Counted from the first letter of the stretch, positions 46,122 through 56,137 are shown. The stretch is DNA of 64,000 bases from Scytolyngbya sp. HA4215-MV1 (GCA_019359045.1 JAHHIA010000002.1:116401-180400); one strand, 5' to 3'. Notes: generated by a model from the sequence alone, not told the origin. Made by a program: numbers and translations.

Positions 46122-46345
46122 TCTTAGAGGATGTTTTAAAAGTCCTTTCGTAAGTAGCAACAGACACGATCTCCTAAATTCCCGTGCTTTGGCGAAGCCA
46201 TGCCGACAGGCTATACGCACCGCTACGCTAGAAAAAGAGAGGACTTTGAGGCTGATCCCCTCTTTTTTAAGGGAGGGGTTGGGGGGGGATCTGGGAGTGC
46301 TCAACATCACAGCAAGCACCTTTTCAAACACCCTTTCAAACATCC
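46122..46345. repeat. Copy 2 of the duplicated upstream element, about 280 nt upstream of the 44343..45839 hybrid kinase
   Basis: See copy 1. Small minus-strand ORFs predicted in both copies (FEKVPAVMLSTRRSP / FEKVLAVMLSTPRSP) reflect the repeat and are probably not genes. Confidence 0.7.
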
Positions 46346-46593
46346 TCTTAGAAAGAGTATTGATTGTCTGAATCCACCCTGATTTAATCGCGACCAAAAA
46401 ATCCATTTATTCCTTGAGTGGTGCTGCGCCAAGTTCTCTATTTTCCTGTTAGATCAAATTCTATCTAGTGTATTATCTATATTAAGAAATTCAAAACTGT
46501 CTAAAGTTAGAGATGGATTCCGATAGATTTTTTATAGTTCTTTGTTGATGGTGTAATGTTCCCGTTTGCCCGGTGAGGTTGATCGCTCTCCCT

Positions 46594-47067
46594 ATGAAAG
46601 AGTTTGGATTTGGGCATTTCAATTCTACATTGCCAGAACTGAGCCTTAAGGGGATCAAAATTTTGGCGATCGATGACAATCCTGAATGCTGTGGCATTCT
46701 GTCGATGTTGTTTAAGCTTTACGAAGCGGAAGCACAAGTGGTGACAAAATCGAGCAAAGCATTGGAATTGCTATTGCAATGGCAGCCGCAGGTATGGGTG
46801 ATTGATATCGCTCTGCCCATAATCGACGGATTCGAGTTGCTCAACTCTATTCGCAGTCTGGAAGCCAAACAAGGGCTGACTCCCACTCCCGCGATCGCCA
46901 TTACTGCCCGCCTTACTCCCAGTATCGAAAAAAAAGCTTACCAGGTAGGCTATAGTGCGCTCTTCGCCAAGCCGCTCCAAATTGACAATTTTGTTGCAAC
47001 TTTGATGTCTCTGGCTCAAACAACATTGCCTGCCTCTCTCCAAGCGTCGCCTCTAAAACCCGATTAA
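46594..47067 (+). CDS. Single-domain response regulator (CheY-like receiver)
   Basis: IKILAIDDNPECCGILSMLF...VWVIDIALPIIDGFELL...AIAITAR...LFAKP are receiver-domain conserved positions (DD, D, T/A, K). The ORF track begins at a TTG at 46573. Confidence 0.75.
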   Translation: MKEFGFGHFNSTLPELSLKGIKILAIDDNPECCGILSMLFKLYEAEAQVVTKSSKALELLLQWQPQVWVIDIALPIIDGFELLNSIRSLEAKQGLTPTPAIAITARLTPSIEKKAYQVGYSALFAKPLQIDNFVATLMSLAQTTLPASLQASPLKPD

Positions 47068-47236
47068 ATTCAATGCCCATTGCATCGAGGGGGCGCTTGC
47101 CATTAGCCAGGATAATGCGTGGGTGAGATCGTCACCACAAATGTCCCCATCCTCCTAAGTTACCGATCACAGCCACCCAGTCTACGCCACGATTCGTTCC
47201 CATTTCTCACAACCCAGCGGTCAATGCCAAAACCCA

Positions 47237-48424
47237 ATGCAAGATTTTAGTCAACTTTTGAAGCATAAAAAATTAGCAATTACAGAACAATGGATTACAG
47301 CCGTTGCCGAAAGCCAACGCATTGCCAGTACGGAAGGTCTTCCGCGATCGGCAATTCGAGATCACATTGATCAGGTTCTTGCAGCGCTAGTCTCGGTTTT
47401 GGCACGTGATCAAGACAATGAAATTGCCGATATTGTGAAAGCCAGTTTGCGTCATGGTAAAGCGCGCGCCGCTCAAGGATTTAACCCAGCAGAAATTGCC
47501 CAGGAGTATCACTTGCTGCGATCGCTGCTGCGCCAAAATCTCTGGACAGAATTGATGCAAGAAACTACCAAAGATGCGGTACGAGCGATCGCGATGATTG
47601 ATGAAGTCATCGATGCAGCGATTTCTGTCTGTTTTCAGAGCTATATGGAAGAACGCACCGCTGAATTACAGCAAATTCAACAACAGCTCCATCTGACCGT
47701 GCAGGAGTTACAACGTCTGGTTCAAGTCAGCCAGGATAATGTCTCCCTATTGGCACATGAATTGAAAACGCCTCTATCTGCCATGATTGGCTATGCCGAA
47801 TTATTTTTGCGACAGCAACGAAAGGTCAGCGATACTACGGAACTGAGTTACGACGCGATCGAACGCATTATTCGGGCAGGAAGAAAACTCGTTTACCTCA
47901 TCAACGATGCCCTGGAATTTTCTCAGTCTGATGATGGGCAAGTGTGCGTCAAACCGGTTGCTATCTCCATTGCGGCGGTACTCAATGATATTGTTGAAAC
48001 CATGCATCTCCTGGCAGAAGAGAAAGGACTCACCCTGACCCTGGAGATCGATCAGGCACCTGCATCCGTCACAACTGATTCGCTGAAGCTCCAGCAAATC
48101 GTGATTAACCTCGTGAGTAATGCCATTCGCTACACCGATACAGGTACTATTACCGTTAGGAGTAAAACGCTCTCTGCCGAAAGTTGGTCTATCTCCATTA
48201 TTGACACAGGCATTGGTATCGCGAGCGAAGATCAGTCCCGGATTTTTAATCCCTTTGTACGTGCCACTCCCCCCGATCGACTCCCACCTGCCGAAAGTAG
48301 CGGACTGGGATTATCCATTGTCGAACGGTTGGTTAAAGTCCTGCATGGCAACATTTATTTAACCTCTCAAGTGGGTATAGGCTCAACCTTCACCCTGATT
48401 TTGCCCATGCATTTGCAGGCCTGA
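47237..48424 (+). CDS. Cytoplasmic sensor histidine kinase (HisKA + HATPase_c)
   Basis: H-box LAHELKTPLSAMIGYAELF; N-box NLVSNAIRYT; G-boxes DTGIGI and GLGLSIVERL. No TM segments. Confidence 0.85.
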   Translation: MQDFSQLLKHKKLAITEQWITAVAESQRIASTEGLPRSAIRDHIDQVLAALVSVLARDQDNEIADIVKASLRHGKARAAQGFNPAEIAQEYHLLRSLLRQNLWTELMQETTKDAVRAIAMIDEVIDAAISVCFQSYMEERTAELQQIQQQLHLTVQELQRLVQVSQDNVSLLAHELKTPLSAMIGYAELFLRQQRKVSDTTELSYDAIERIIRAGRKLVYLINDALEFSQSDDGQVCVKPVAISIAAVLNDIVETMHLLAEEKGLTLTLEIDQAPASVTTDSLKLQQIVINLVSNAIRYTDTGTITVRSKTLSAESWSISIIDTGIGIASEDQSRIFNPFVRATPPDRLPPAESSGLGLSIVERLVKVLHGNIYLTSQVGIGSTFTLILPMHLQA

Positions 48425-48525
48425 GGGTACGAGTCCTGGCAATGTGTGGTTGCACTTCTGCGTAATTTCCTCAGTCTGTCCTGATAAGTACGCAGGTGTA
48501 TTCAGTTGCTGAGGTCGTCGTTATG

Positions 48526-49065
48526 CTTTCTGCTCCCCATGCTCCTAAATCTGAGTTCCCGTCTGAATCCCCTGCTCAAGCCAAGGGCAATCACGGGTTT
48601 CTCCCGATCGATTCTCTAAAAAGTGGACAGGTTCTGCGTCTTGCCCCCCATTGTCCGGGGGGACTGATTATTCAAAAACCCTTTTTCGCTGATTTTGCGG
48701 GTCCCGGTGCCGCGGTGGGCAGCAGTTTTGATATTGAATGCAAAGCCGTGTACGCGATCGGGAAAATTCAACTCCTGCCAGCACGATCGTTTGATGAACG
48801 TCAACACTCTTATCAAAAGCGGATTGAGTACACCCAATCCCTTACAGAGATTGCTAGTACACTTTCGCCATTGCATCGTGCCCATCTGATCGTCAACCAA
48901 CTGTGTCAATGGTTGGGAATCGAGGAAGCTAGAAAAGTACCGATTGAACTGATTGCCCAGATGGTAGGCGTTTTACCGCGCACAGTGATCTTGGCATGGC
49001 GGCAACGCCCCGCCCAAACCACAACGGTGAATCCCGCGACGATGGAAACATTAATTGTCCATTAA
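48526..49065 (+). CDS. hypothetical protein; the C-terminus may be a Crp-like HTH (weak)
   Basis: ELIAQMVGVLPRTVILAWRQ resembles a Crp/Fnr-type HTH, but no cNMP-binding motif was recognised. Start uncertain (ORF track 48496). Confidence 0.35.
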   Translation, partial: LSAPHAPKSEFPSESPAQAKGNHGFLPIDSLKSGQVLRLAPHCPGGLIIQKPFFADFAGPGAAVGSSFDIECKAVYAIGKIQLLPARSFDERQHSYQKRIEYTQSLTEIASTLSPLHRAHLIVNQLCQWLGIEEARKVPIELIAQMVGVLPRTVILAWRQRPAQTTTVNPATMETLIVH

Positions 49066-49176
49066 GGATGGTAGCAGGGTTTTCTGCCCCTAGCCAACGC
49101 TGCCGATCGGGGTAATCATTTTGCCACAGACAAGCTTTAATGCAAGTGGGTAACCCTGATATAGCAACCGAGTCTC

Positions 49177-50259
49177 ATGGTGAATTTTTCGAACAATCCC
49201 CTCAGCAAACTAGCCGTTGCACTGCTTGGCGCAACGGTTTCCCTATCGCTGTGGTCAGGCAATGCAGCAGCCCAAGTCCGGCAATCTGGAACCTTTCAGG
49301 CAACGCAAAATTGCCTGGCATCGCGGGCAATTAATGGCGCCAATCCAGAGAATGTGCGGTTGGTGGTCGGGCAGCGCTACGAACTGGTCGGCTTCAATAG
49401 TCCTGCTCGCAAATATGTTTTGCTGAAAGTGCCGAATGCAACGCCGAATCAGCGCTGGGTCAGTGCAAGCTGTGGTCAAGTAGCCATCTCCAATAGCACG
49501 CCCACACCCATGCCCGATCGCCCTCAAACGCCTGGATCGGGATTTCTGCCCTTTTTCGACCAAATCAATAACCCCGTCAACGTCAACGTTTCGCCCAATC
49601 ACAGCAAAGTCGATATCTCCCCCCCACCGCCACTACTCAAAGACTTCGATCGAGCGATTCTGAAAACTTGCGGACCCATTGGCAGCAAAGTCAATGCCAA
49701 CTCAATCCGACAACTGCTCACTCGCTCTCCCAACCTGGTCAAAGCAGCCCAACAACAGGTAGGCGGTGAACTGTTGCCAGGTCGCTCGACCGAAAGCGAA
49801 TTTTTGGATGATCTGGTGGCAGTCTGGTCCAAGCGATCCGGGTTTGAGCACATTTTTTGTGGGGAATTAGAAAGTGCTCAAAAGATTGGGGGATTGCACT
49901 TTGTGGGACGTTATCTGCAACTACAAGAACAAGGGATTGGGGGTCGCCTGCCCAACAACGCTAGCAAAGAAGAAGTCATTCCGGGAGTGGTTTACACCCT
50001 GGGCATCGTGATTCGTCAAGGCAACCGCACCTTCTCAGACGATCTCAAAGGCTATCCCTATGTTTCGGATGGACAGGAACTGTTCTTAGCAGCGATCGCG
50101 CTGTTAAAGGCGCAGGGAAATGCCCAAGGTGCCTGCATTGCAACCGTTGCCGATCGGGATAGCGGCAAGTCCTATTCCGCAATCTTCGTCAAGGATCGAG
50201 ATGCGATCGTGACGTTCTATCCTGATGCCACCCCCAAAGGGAAAAGTTGCCGCCCGTAA
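49177..50259 (+). CDS. Secreted EndoU/XendoU-like endoribonuclease domain protein
   Basis: Signal peptide (LAVALLGATVSLSLWSGNAAAQ). The C-terminal region SGFEHIFCGELESAQKIGGLHFVGRYLQLQEQG aligns by eye with the XendoU signature GFEHVF[VL]GE...SGFHNW..FY..E..G, which carries the two catalytic His residues. Confidence 0.5.
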   Translation: MVNFSNNPLSKLAVALLGATVSLSLWSGNAAAQVRQSGTFQATQNCLASRAINGANPENVRLVVGQRYELVGFNSPARKYVLLKVPNATPNQRWVSASCGQVAISNSTPTPMPDRPQTPGSGFLPFFDQINNPVNVNVSPNHSKVDISPPPPLLKDFDRAILKTCGPIGSKVNANSIRQLLTRSPNLVKAAQQQVGGELLPGRSTESEFLDDLVAVWSKRSGFEHIFCGELESAQKIGGLHFVGRYLQLQEQGIGGRLPNNASKEEVIPGVVYTLGIVIRQGNRTFSDDLKGYPYVSDGQELFLAAIALLKAQGNAQGACIATVADRDSGKSYSAIFVKDRDAIVTFYPDATPKGKSCRP

Positions 50260-50262
50260 GGC

Positions 50263-50305
50263 AGCAGAACTGTGCTGCAATTTCACTGTGCAGCGATCGT
50301 TTTGA
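50263..50305 (+). terminator. Possible intrinsic terminator after the EndoU-like gene (hairpin GCAGCAGAACTGTGCTGC / CACTGTGCAGCG followed by TCGTTTTG)
   Basis: Read directly; modest stem plus a short T-run. Confidence 0.3.
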
Positions 50306-50511
50306 CACGGAAAAAAGGGACGCGGAGAGTAGGTTCGTTTGTAGCCAAGCCCTGTGTTTCCGTGTCCATTCCATCTCTACGAGAAACTTTTCTAAAGAAG
50401 TGATAAAAATTCTGGTGCTTCAGCGGACACTGTTTTTGAATACTCATACAATCACCCGTACAGTGCCAACTTGAGAACTCTCTAAATCCCCATGGACTGA
50501 CTACTGCCCTT

Positions 50512-52122
50512 ATGAGTAAAGTTTCTTATCAACCCCTGACCCCACTCAGTTTTTTGGAGCGCAGTGCGTCGGTTTTTCGCCACAAGCCTGCGATCGTCTA
50601 CGGAGAGCAGCGCTGGACCTACGCCGAATTTGCCGATCGTGTGCAGCAGTTGGCAGCCGCATTACAGCAATGGGGGTTGCAGCCCGGCGATCGAGTGGCT
50701 TTCCTTTGTCCCAATCTGCCACCACTCTTGGAAGCACACTTTGGTGTACCGCTAGCTGGGGGCATTTTGGTGGCAATGAACATCCGCCTTGCACCCGCAG
50801 ATATTGGCTATATCTTACAAGATGCGGGGGCGCGGGTTCTTTTTGTAGAGAGCGAATTGGCGTCTGCGATCGCCCCAATTTTGACCCAACTGACACCTCT
50901 GGAACTGGTCGTCACGATCGTTGATGAACCCGCACAAGCAGGGGAAGTGACCCTCAAGGGACAGGAATATGAAGCTTTTCTGATGCAAGGCAACCCTTCA
51001 TCTTTGGGCTTGGCATTAGACGATGAAGAAACCCCTATTTCAATTAATTACACCAGTGGTACTGGTGGAAAACCCAAAGGCGTGGTCTATACCCATCGCG
51101 GGGCATATTTGAATGCATTGGGTGAAGCCTTAGAAGTGGGCATGAATTCTGAAAGTGTCTATTTATGGACCTTGCCCATGTTTCATTGTAATGGCTGGTG
51201 TTTTACCTGGGGTGTTGTTGCGGTTGGTGGCACCCATGTTTGCCTACGCAAAGTTTTACCCAATACCACGATTACACTCCTGATGGATGAGGGTATTACA
51301 CATTTTTGTGGTGCCCCAGCATTGCTAAATCTGTTGATTCACGATCGCGCCATCAAAAAATTGCAGTTACGCCACCCCCTACGGGCGGTAATTGCCGGAG
51401 CACCGCCTTCACCCACCATCATCCAGACTTTGGAAGAATTGGGGATTGAAGTCACTCATGTATATGGTCTTACGGAAACCTACGGACCACACAGCATTTG
51501 CGAATGGCAAACTGCATGGAATGCATTGCCCTTGGAGCAACGTGCGCGCCTGAAAGCTAGACAGGGAGTCCCCTATATCCATGCAGCGGCAATGCGCGTG
51601 GTCGATCAGGCAATGCAAGATGTGCCTGCGGACGGCATCACTCTGGGCGAAGTGGTGATGCGGGGCAACAATGTCATGCGGGGCTATTTTAACCAACCTG
51701 ACCTAACGCGAGAAGTGTTTCGCGACGGCTGGTTTCACAGCGGCGATCTTGCAGTGATGCATCCTGACGGCTACATCGAACTCCGTGATCGAGCGAAGGA
51801 TATTGTCATCAGTGCTGGAGTGAACATCTCAACGATCGAGATTGAGCAGGCGATCGTCCAACATCCGTTGGTTTTTGAAGTGGCAGTCATTGCCATTCCC
51901 GACGAAAAACGAGGTGAAGTACCTAAGGCATTTGTGACCCTCCAACCCGATGCCAGCCTGACTGCAAAAGACATTCTGGATTTTTGCCGTCAACACTTGG
52001 CAGCGTTCAAATGCCCTAAGGCGATCGAATTTGGTGAATTGCCTAAAACAGCAACGGGCAAGGTTCAGAAATATCTCCTACGAGACAAGGAATGGGTCGG
52101 TTATGAAAAGCGCATCCACTAA
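50512..52122 (+). CDS. AMP-dependent synthetase/ligase (acyl-CoA synthetase family)
   Basis: AMP-binding motif YTSGTGGKPKGV. Other motifs are YGLTETYGP, GWFHSGD and VISAGVNIS...E..I. Assigned to the ANL superfamily. Confidence 0.85.
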   Translation: MSKVSYQPLTPLSFLERSASVFRHKPAIVYGEQRWTYAEFADRVQQLAAALQQWGLQPGDRVAFLCPNLPPLLEAHFGVPLAGGILVAMNIRLAPADIGYILQDAGARVLFVESELASAIAPILTQLTPLELVVTIVDEPAQAGEVTLKGQEYEAFLMQGNPSSLGLALDDEETPISINYTSGTGGKPKGVVYTHRGAYLNALGEALEVGMNSESVYLWTLPMFHCNGWCFTWGVVAVGGTHVCLRKVLPNTTITLLMDEGITHFCGAPALLNLLIHDRAIKKLQLRHPLRAVIAGAPPSPTIIQTLEELGIEVTHVYGLTETYGPHSICEWQTAWNALPLEQRARLKARQGVPYIHAAAMRVVDQAMQDVPADGITLGEVVMRGNNVMRGYFNQPDLTREVFRDGWFHSGDLAVMHPDGYIELRDRAKDIVISAGVNISTIEIEQAIVQHPLVFEVAVIAIPDEKRGEVPKAFVTLQPDASLTAKDILDFCRQHLAAFKCPKAIEFGELPKTATGKVQKYLLRDKEWVGYEKRIH

Positions 52123-52149
52123 GGTCATGGATTAAATAAGGTGTAATAA

Positions 52150-53155
52150 GTAGCTAGTCGGAATTAAATTTAAAACGCTCCAGTGTATATTGACCTTTGA
52201 CACTGCGTGTTTCCATACCATCTATGATAGCGAGAGCTAAATCATATTCATCTTCAAACATTCATTCTGCAATTTCGTGTGTTTTCAGTTAATGCCATTC
52301 CTCTTCAATCCGATTCATTTGAGAACAATACTCTGGTAGGAAGAATAGAAATAATCCCTGCTCTTGCCAGCGTTGCCACTGTTGCTGAGTCAGCTGACTG
52401 GTATGCAAAGAGCCGTTGTCCTGAACAATTACCGTTATCGACCTGTTTGAGCCAGGGTTTGAGCTGCCTTGTCTGCTCCCCAATCCGTCACTTTGATTTA
52501 AGTCGGACTCTTGAAACTCCCACACACAAGCGCATAGTCAAAGCTTGTGTCGGGTTGCCAAAGTCCTAAAATGCTCATACGTCTGCCGCGTCGCTCGGTC
52601 TGCTCCAACCGCTTTTGCTCTCCAATGCGACTCTAGCTGTAGTTGACTAGACTCCACAAACAGCATCCAGATTCATCGAGGTATTTCAAGTCAATGTAGC
52701 CATCTTATGCTGCTAACTTTAGCGTACCCAGGTCGGCTTATTTGATCCGTTGGTGCTCAGGGTCTTGTTTGCCTCGGTGCGAATGTCGGGTTCGTTTCCA
52801 GCGAAAGCCCTTTTTTGCAGAATGTGCCGCACTCACCGTGCGCTCAGCTTGACCTGACGGTCACTGCTCAATTTTTGGGCTAGCTGTGAACTGTTGTAGG
52901 TGCGTGGGTCTTGCTCTATCCGCTGCTCAACCGCTTCCAAATCGGCTTCCTGCCATTGACGCTTGGCTCCACGTCCAGGGGCTTCCCACAAACCGCCCAG
53001 TCCATTCTGCTGCGAGCGTCGCAGGGTTTGTTCGTGACACTCAAAAATCTCAGTGATTGCTGGCGCCGTTTATCCTTGAGCATTGAGTCGAATCATATGA
53101 GCACGATCACGGGTTCGCTGCGGTACCGTAATGGCAAGCCGTAATTCGACCAGTG
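52150..53155 (-). mobile_element. IS630/Tc1-family insertion sequence with a disrupted transposase (pseudogene)
   Basis: Minus-strand frames carry an HTH-type transposase N-terminus with stops (...QWQEADLEAVEQRIEQDPRTYNSSQLAQKLSS...) and the DDE C-terminus (IVQDNGSLHTSQ...GLFLFFLPEYCSQMNRIEEEWH* then ...FEDEYDLALAIIDGMETRSV). Imperfect terminal inverted repeats: CTAGTCGGAATTA at about 52168 and TAATTCGACCAG at about 53143. Confidence 0.6.
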
Positions 53156-53281
53156 TCCGATTCTCTTCAGAATTCAAAATTAGATGAATTGGAGCAGGCA
53201 TAGGAGTGGAGTAAAATCAATTTAAATAGTCTTCCTGTCTTAGTTTTAATGGTGCCGACTACTTAATGAATGAGCTCGTTT

Positions 53282-56137
53282 CTATCGTAATGGTTGCCAG
53301 TTTCCTGAGGGGATGAAACTTGCCCAATAATAGGGATGAGAACGATCCTGGCTTTTTAGCATCTCCAATTGAGTTTGCCGCAGGGCTTCACTACGTCCTT
53401 GTCCTGCCAAAAGCTTCTGGTAGTAGCTCACTATCAATTCCTGCGTCGCGTCATCTGCGACTTTCCAGAGGCTAATGACCTGACTTTCGGCACCAGCAAT
53501 GACCAGTGCTCGTCGCAGACCGTAGATACCTTCTCCCGTGGAAAGACGACCCAGTCCAGTGTCACAGGCAGAAAGTACGACCAGTTGGGTGCCTAACAGG
53601 TTTAGGTTGGCCACTTCGAGAGCAGTGAGCACGCCATCTTCCCGGTTTTGCGGTTTGAGTTTGAAGCCTGCCAGCACCAGGCCAGAAAGAAGCAGGGGAT
53701 TATCAGTAAGTGTTGTTTCTGGTAGGTCAGGTTGAAGCGTAGGCGTTACAAAGAAGCCGTGGGTCGCGATGTGCAGAATGCGAGGACGATTGACCTGCTT
53801 GACCGCTTCTTCAGTTGCTTGGGAGCCAGTGAGCGGTTGGACATTGAGTAGGGGGGCAATGGCGTTGATTTCTTGGGCTGTGCCAGGAAGGGAAGGGAAA
53901 TCTTGTTGCGTCAGGTCAATCGTCCGAGTTCTGATATTTTGTTCAGCTTTTAGGGATGGTACTGGAGCCACGTCTCCCAGTTTGGCAAAGTAAGGATCAG
54001 CCATCAGGACAGGGGGAGACTGGCTGGGGACAGAGTTCGCCAGTCGCAGCAGATCTCGACCGGAGGTGAGGTAGGTAAAAGAATAAGCTTCGACCAGGTA
54101 GCGGTTGGTGTCATCTACCAGGGCTTCAAAGGGGATGAGATTGAGGTTGCCGTCAGGGGAAAGCAAGACAGTATGGGTATCGCCCAGGAGATTGCGAACA
54201 GGCTGCATTACCAATTTCTCTAATTCATGGGAAGGGGGTTGCAGTTGGTTCGCTGGAGTGTTTGAGTCTCTAAGGACAGAGCGGAAGTTTTGTAGTGACT
54301 GATTGATCGCCTCAGCGTCACCCAGGTCAATGCCTTTTGGATTTCCCTGCGCATGTAGCACATAGGCAGCATAACGTGTACTCAAGCCATTTTTAGCTGA
54401 TGATTTTGGGTTAAAGACCCGGTATTGCACAAATTCGACTAAGGCAGCATTGGTAGGAATTAAAGATTGAATGGCATCGATCGTTACTGGTCGAGATAGA
54501 TTCCGAAAAACGGTGCTGCGTCGGCTCAATTCATCTTCCTGTTGTCTCAATCGCTCTTCCAGTGCTGCAACTTGGGTCTGGTATTGATAACGATCGAGGG
54601 GCTGTTGTTGAGGCGAAGCAAACACAAGTTTGGCAAGTTGATCACGGGTTGCAAATACACGATCAAGGCGATCGCGATCTGCCGAAGCAACCTGTTGTCG
54701 CAGAATCCGTTGCAGATTGGCAGAAAAATCGAGTGCTCGCCCTTTGCGTTGTAGAATTGCCGTGAATGCCAGTCGTGCCGCAGCAGGATTGTTGGGTAGT
54801 TGTTGCAAATGCAGGGCAATTTTGTTATCCAGGGCGATCGCAGTATTTTCCAGGATGCTGCGCCGATTGCTCTCAGAAGCGTTGGCAAGATTGAGCGCCA
54901 GGCTATATTCTTCAATCGCCTGAACCTGCCATAGTAATTCCAGGGAACGATCGACCTTCCCCTGCTTAAGATAGAGTTTTGCCAAATTTTCTAGATCCCA
55001 GGCGACTGCATAGCCGTTTTCCCCAAATTCTCGGCGATGATGCTCCAAACTTTGCAAAAAGACCGTTTCTGCTTCCGCATCGCGCCCTTGTTGCAAGTAA
55101 AGGAACCCTAATTGGCTGGGGTTAAAGCGACTCTGTTCTTCTGGGATTGCATTTTGCGAGGCATTATTTTGAGATAGGTGACGATTTAGCTCAAAGACTT
55201 GTTTGTAAAGTCTCTCGGCTTTATCAGAGCGTCCCTGATCAGCATAAAAAAGTGCCAGACTGTTTAGACTTTCCAATACTTTCGGGTCCGTTGCTCCATA
55301 CAGACGACGTTTGATTTCCAGAGACTCCCGGTAGAACTCCTCAGCTTCTACGCTGCGCTTTTGTAGTGCATATAGAAATGCCAGTTGATCCAGATACAAC
55401 AGGGTCTCAGACTGATCGGTGCCAAAGGTCTGACGACTGGCTTTTAAGGCGCGTTCAAACAGGAGCGTGGCTTCGGCATAACGCTCTTGCGCCATGTAAT
55501 TCCAGCCTAAAGCTCTGAGACTGTTGAGCACATCTGGATGATTGGGTTCCAAAAGGGCTTCGCGAATTGCTAAGGCACGTTCAGCCAGGGGAAAGGCTTC
55601 TTTGTACTGTCCTTGACTGAATAGGAAGGATGCCTGAACCCATAGTTGCTCTGCCTGGTGCAGATCTTCGGGTTGGATGGCGGTGGGTGCCAGATTCCAG
55701 GTTAGGGTGTAGCGACCAAAGGTGTAGTCGGCAAAGATGCTCGATCGCTGACTCGCTGCCAAAACGGTATACGTACCTGTGGCAGGTAAGGTCACCACTA
55801 GGCGGGCGTTCGTACCGCCAGTGCCAATGCCACCTTCCGCAATTTTGTTGCCAGTGGGGTCGAGCAAAATCAGGTAAGTATCAAACTCGTCACTGGTCAG
55901 ATCAATTTTGATTTTCTGTCTAGCGGTGCCCCAAAAGGGATGGGCGTTGAAGTAAGTGCTGTCTCCCAACTGTTGACTGGTGCGATCGAGCCTGCCCTGC
56001 ACGGTTGATTGCTGCGATCGCTGGTCTGAAACTGCACTTCCCGATTGTGCCAGTGTTGCTGCTGGTAAGCAAACCGAAAAGCCGACGAGCATCAGGGCAG
56101 CGAATCGGCAGGCAGATCGATTGCAGGAATCAGTCAT
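53282..56137 (-). CDS. Secreted TPR-repeat CHAT-domain (caspase-like) protein, with an N-terminal PPC-like beta-sandwich
   Basis: Signal peptide MTDSCNRSACRFAALMLVGFSVCLPAATLAQ. There are eight or more TPR-like 34-aa repeats (AEEFYRESLEIKRRL..., AERLYKQVFEL...). The C-terminal CHAT domain has the His/Cys dyad context HIATHGFF and VVLSACDTGLG. Confidence 0.8.
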   Translation of the reverse strand: MTDSCNRSACRFAALMLVGFSVCLPAATLAQSGSAVSDQRSQQSTVQGRLDRTSQQLGDSTYFNAHPFWGTARQKIKIDLTSDEFDTYLILLDPTGNKIAEGGIGTGGTNARLVVTLPATGTYTVLAASQRSSIFADYTFGRYTLTWNLAPTAIQPEDLHQAEQLWVQASFLFSQGQYKEAFPLAERALAIREALLEPNHPDVLNSLRALGWNYMAQERYAEATLLFERALKASRQTFGTDQSETLLYLDQLAFLYALQKRSVEAEEFYRESLEIKRRLYGATDPKVLESLNSLALFYADQGRSDKAERLYKQVFELNRHLSQNNASQNAIPEEQSRFNPSQLGFLYLQQGRDAEAETVFLQSLEHHRREFGENGYAVAWDLENLAKLYLKQGKVDRSLELLWQVQAIEEYSLALNLANASESNRRSILENTAIALDNKIALHLQQLPNNPAAARLAFTAILQRKGRALDFSANLQRILRQQVASADRDRLDRVFATRDQLAKLVFASPQQQPLDRYQYQTQVAALEERLRQQEDELSRRSTVFRNLSRPVTIDAIQSLIPTNAALVEFVQYRVFNPKSSAKNGLSTRYAAYVLHAQGNPKGIDLGDAEAINQSLQNFRSVLRDSNTPANQLQPPSHELEKLVMQPVRNLLGDTHTVLLSPDGNLNLIPFEALVDDTNRYLVEAYSFTYLTSGRDLLRLANSVPSQSPPVLMADPYFAKLGDVAPVPSLKAEQNIRTRTIDLTQQDFPSLPGTAQEINAIAPLLNVQPLTGSQATEEAVKQVNRPRILHIATHGFFVTPTLQPDLPETTLTDNPLLLSGLVLAGFKLKPQNREDGVLTALEVANLNLLGTQLVVLSACDTGLGRLSTGEGIYGLRRALVIAGAESQVISLWKVADDATQELIVSYYQKLLAGQGRSEALRQTQLEMLKSQDRSHPYYWASFIPSGNWQPLR

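Noticed and set aside
43726-46345. Possible CRISPR array suggested by repeated sequence around 43.7-46.4 kb
   Set aside because: There are only two long repeat copies of about 220 bp, about 2.4 kb apart, flanking a kinase gene. There are no short regularly spaced repeats or spacers and no cas genes, so this is not CRISPR.
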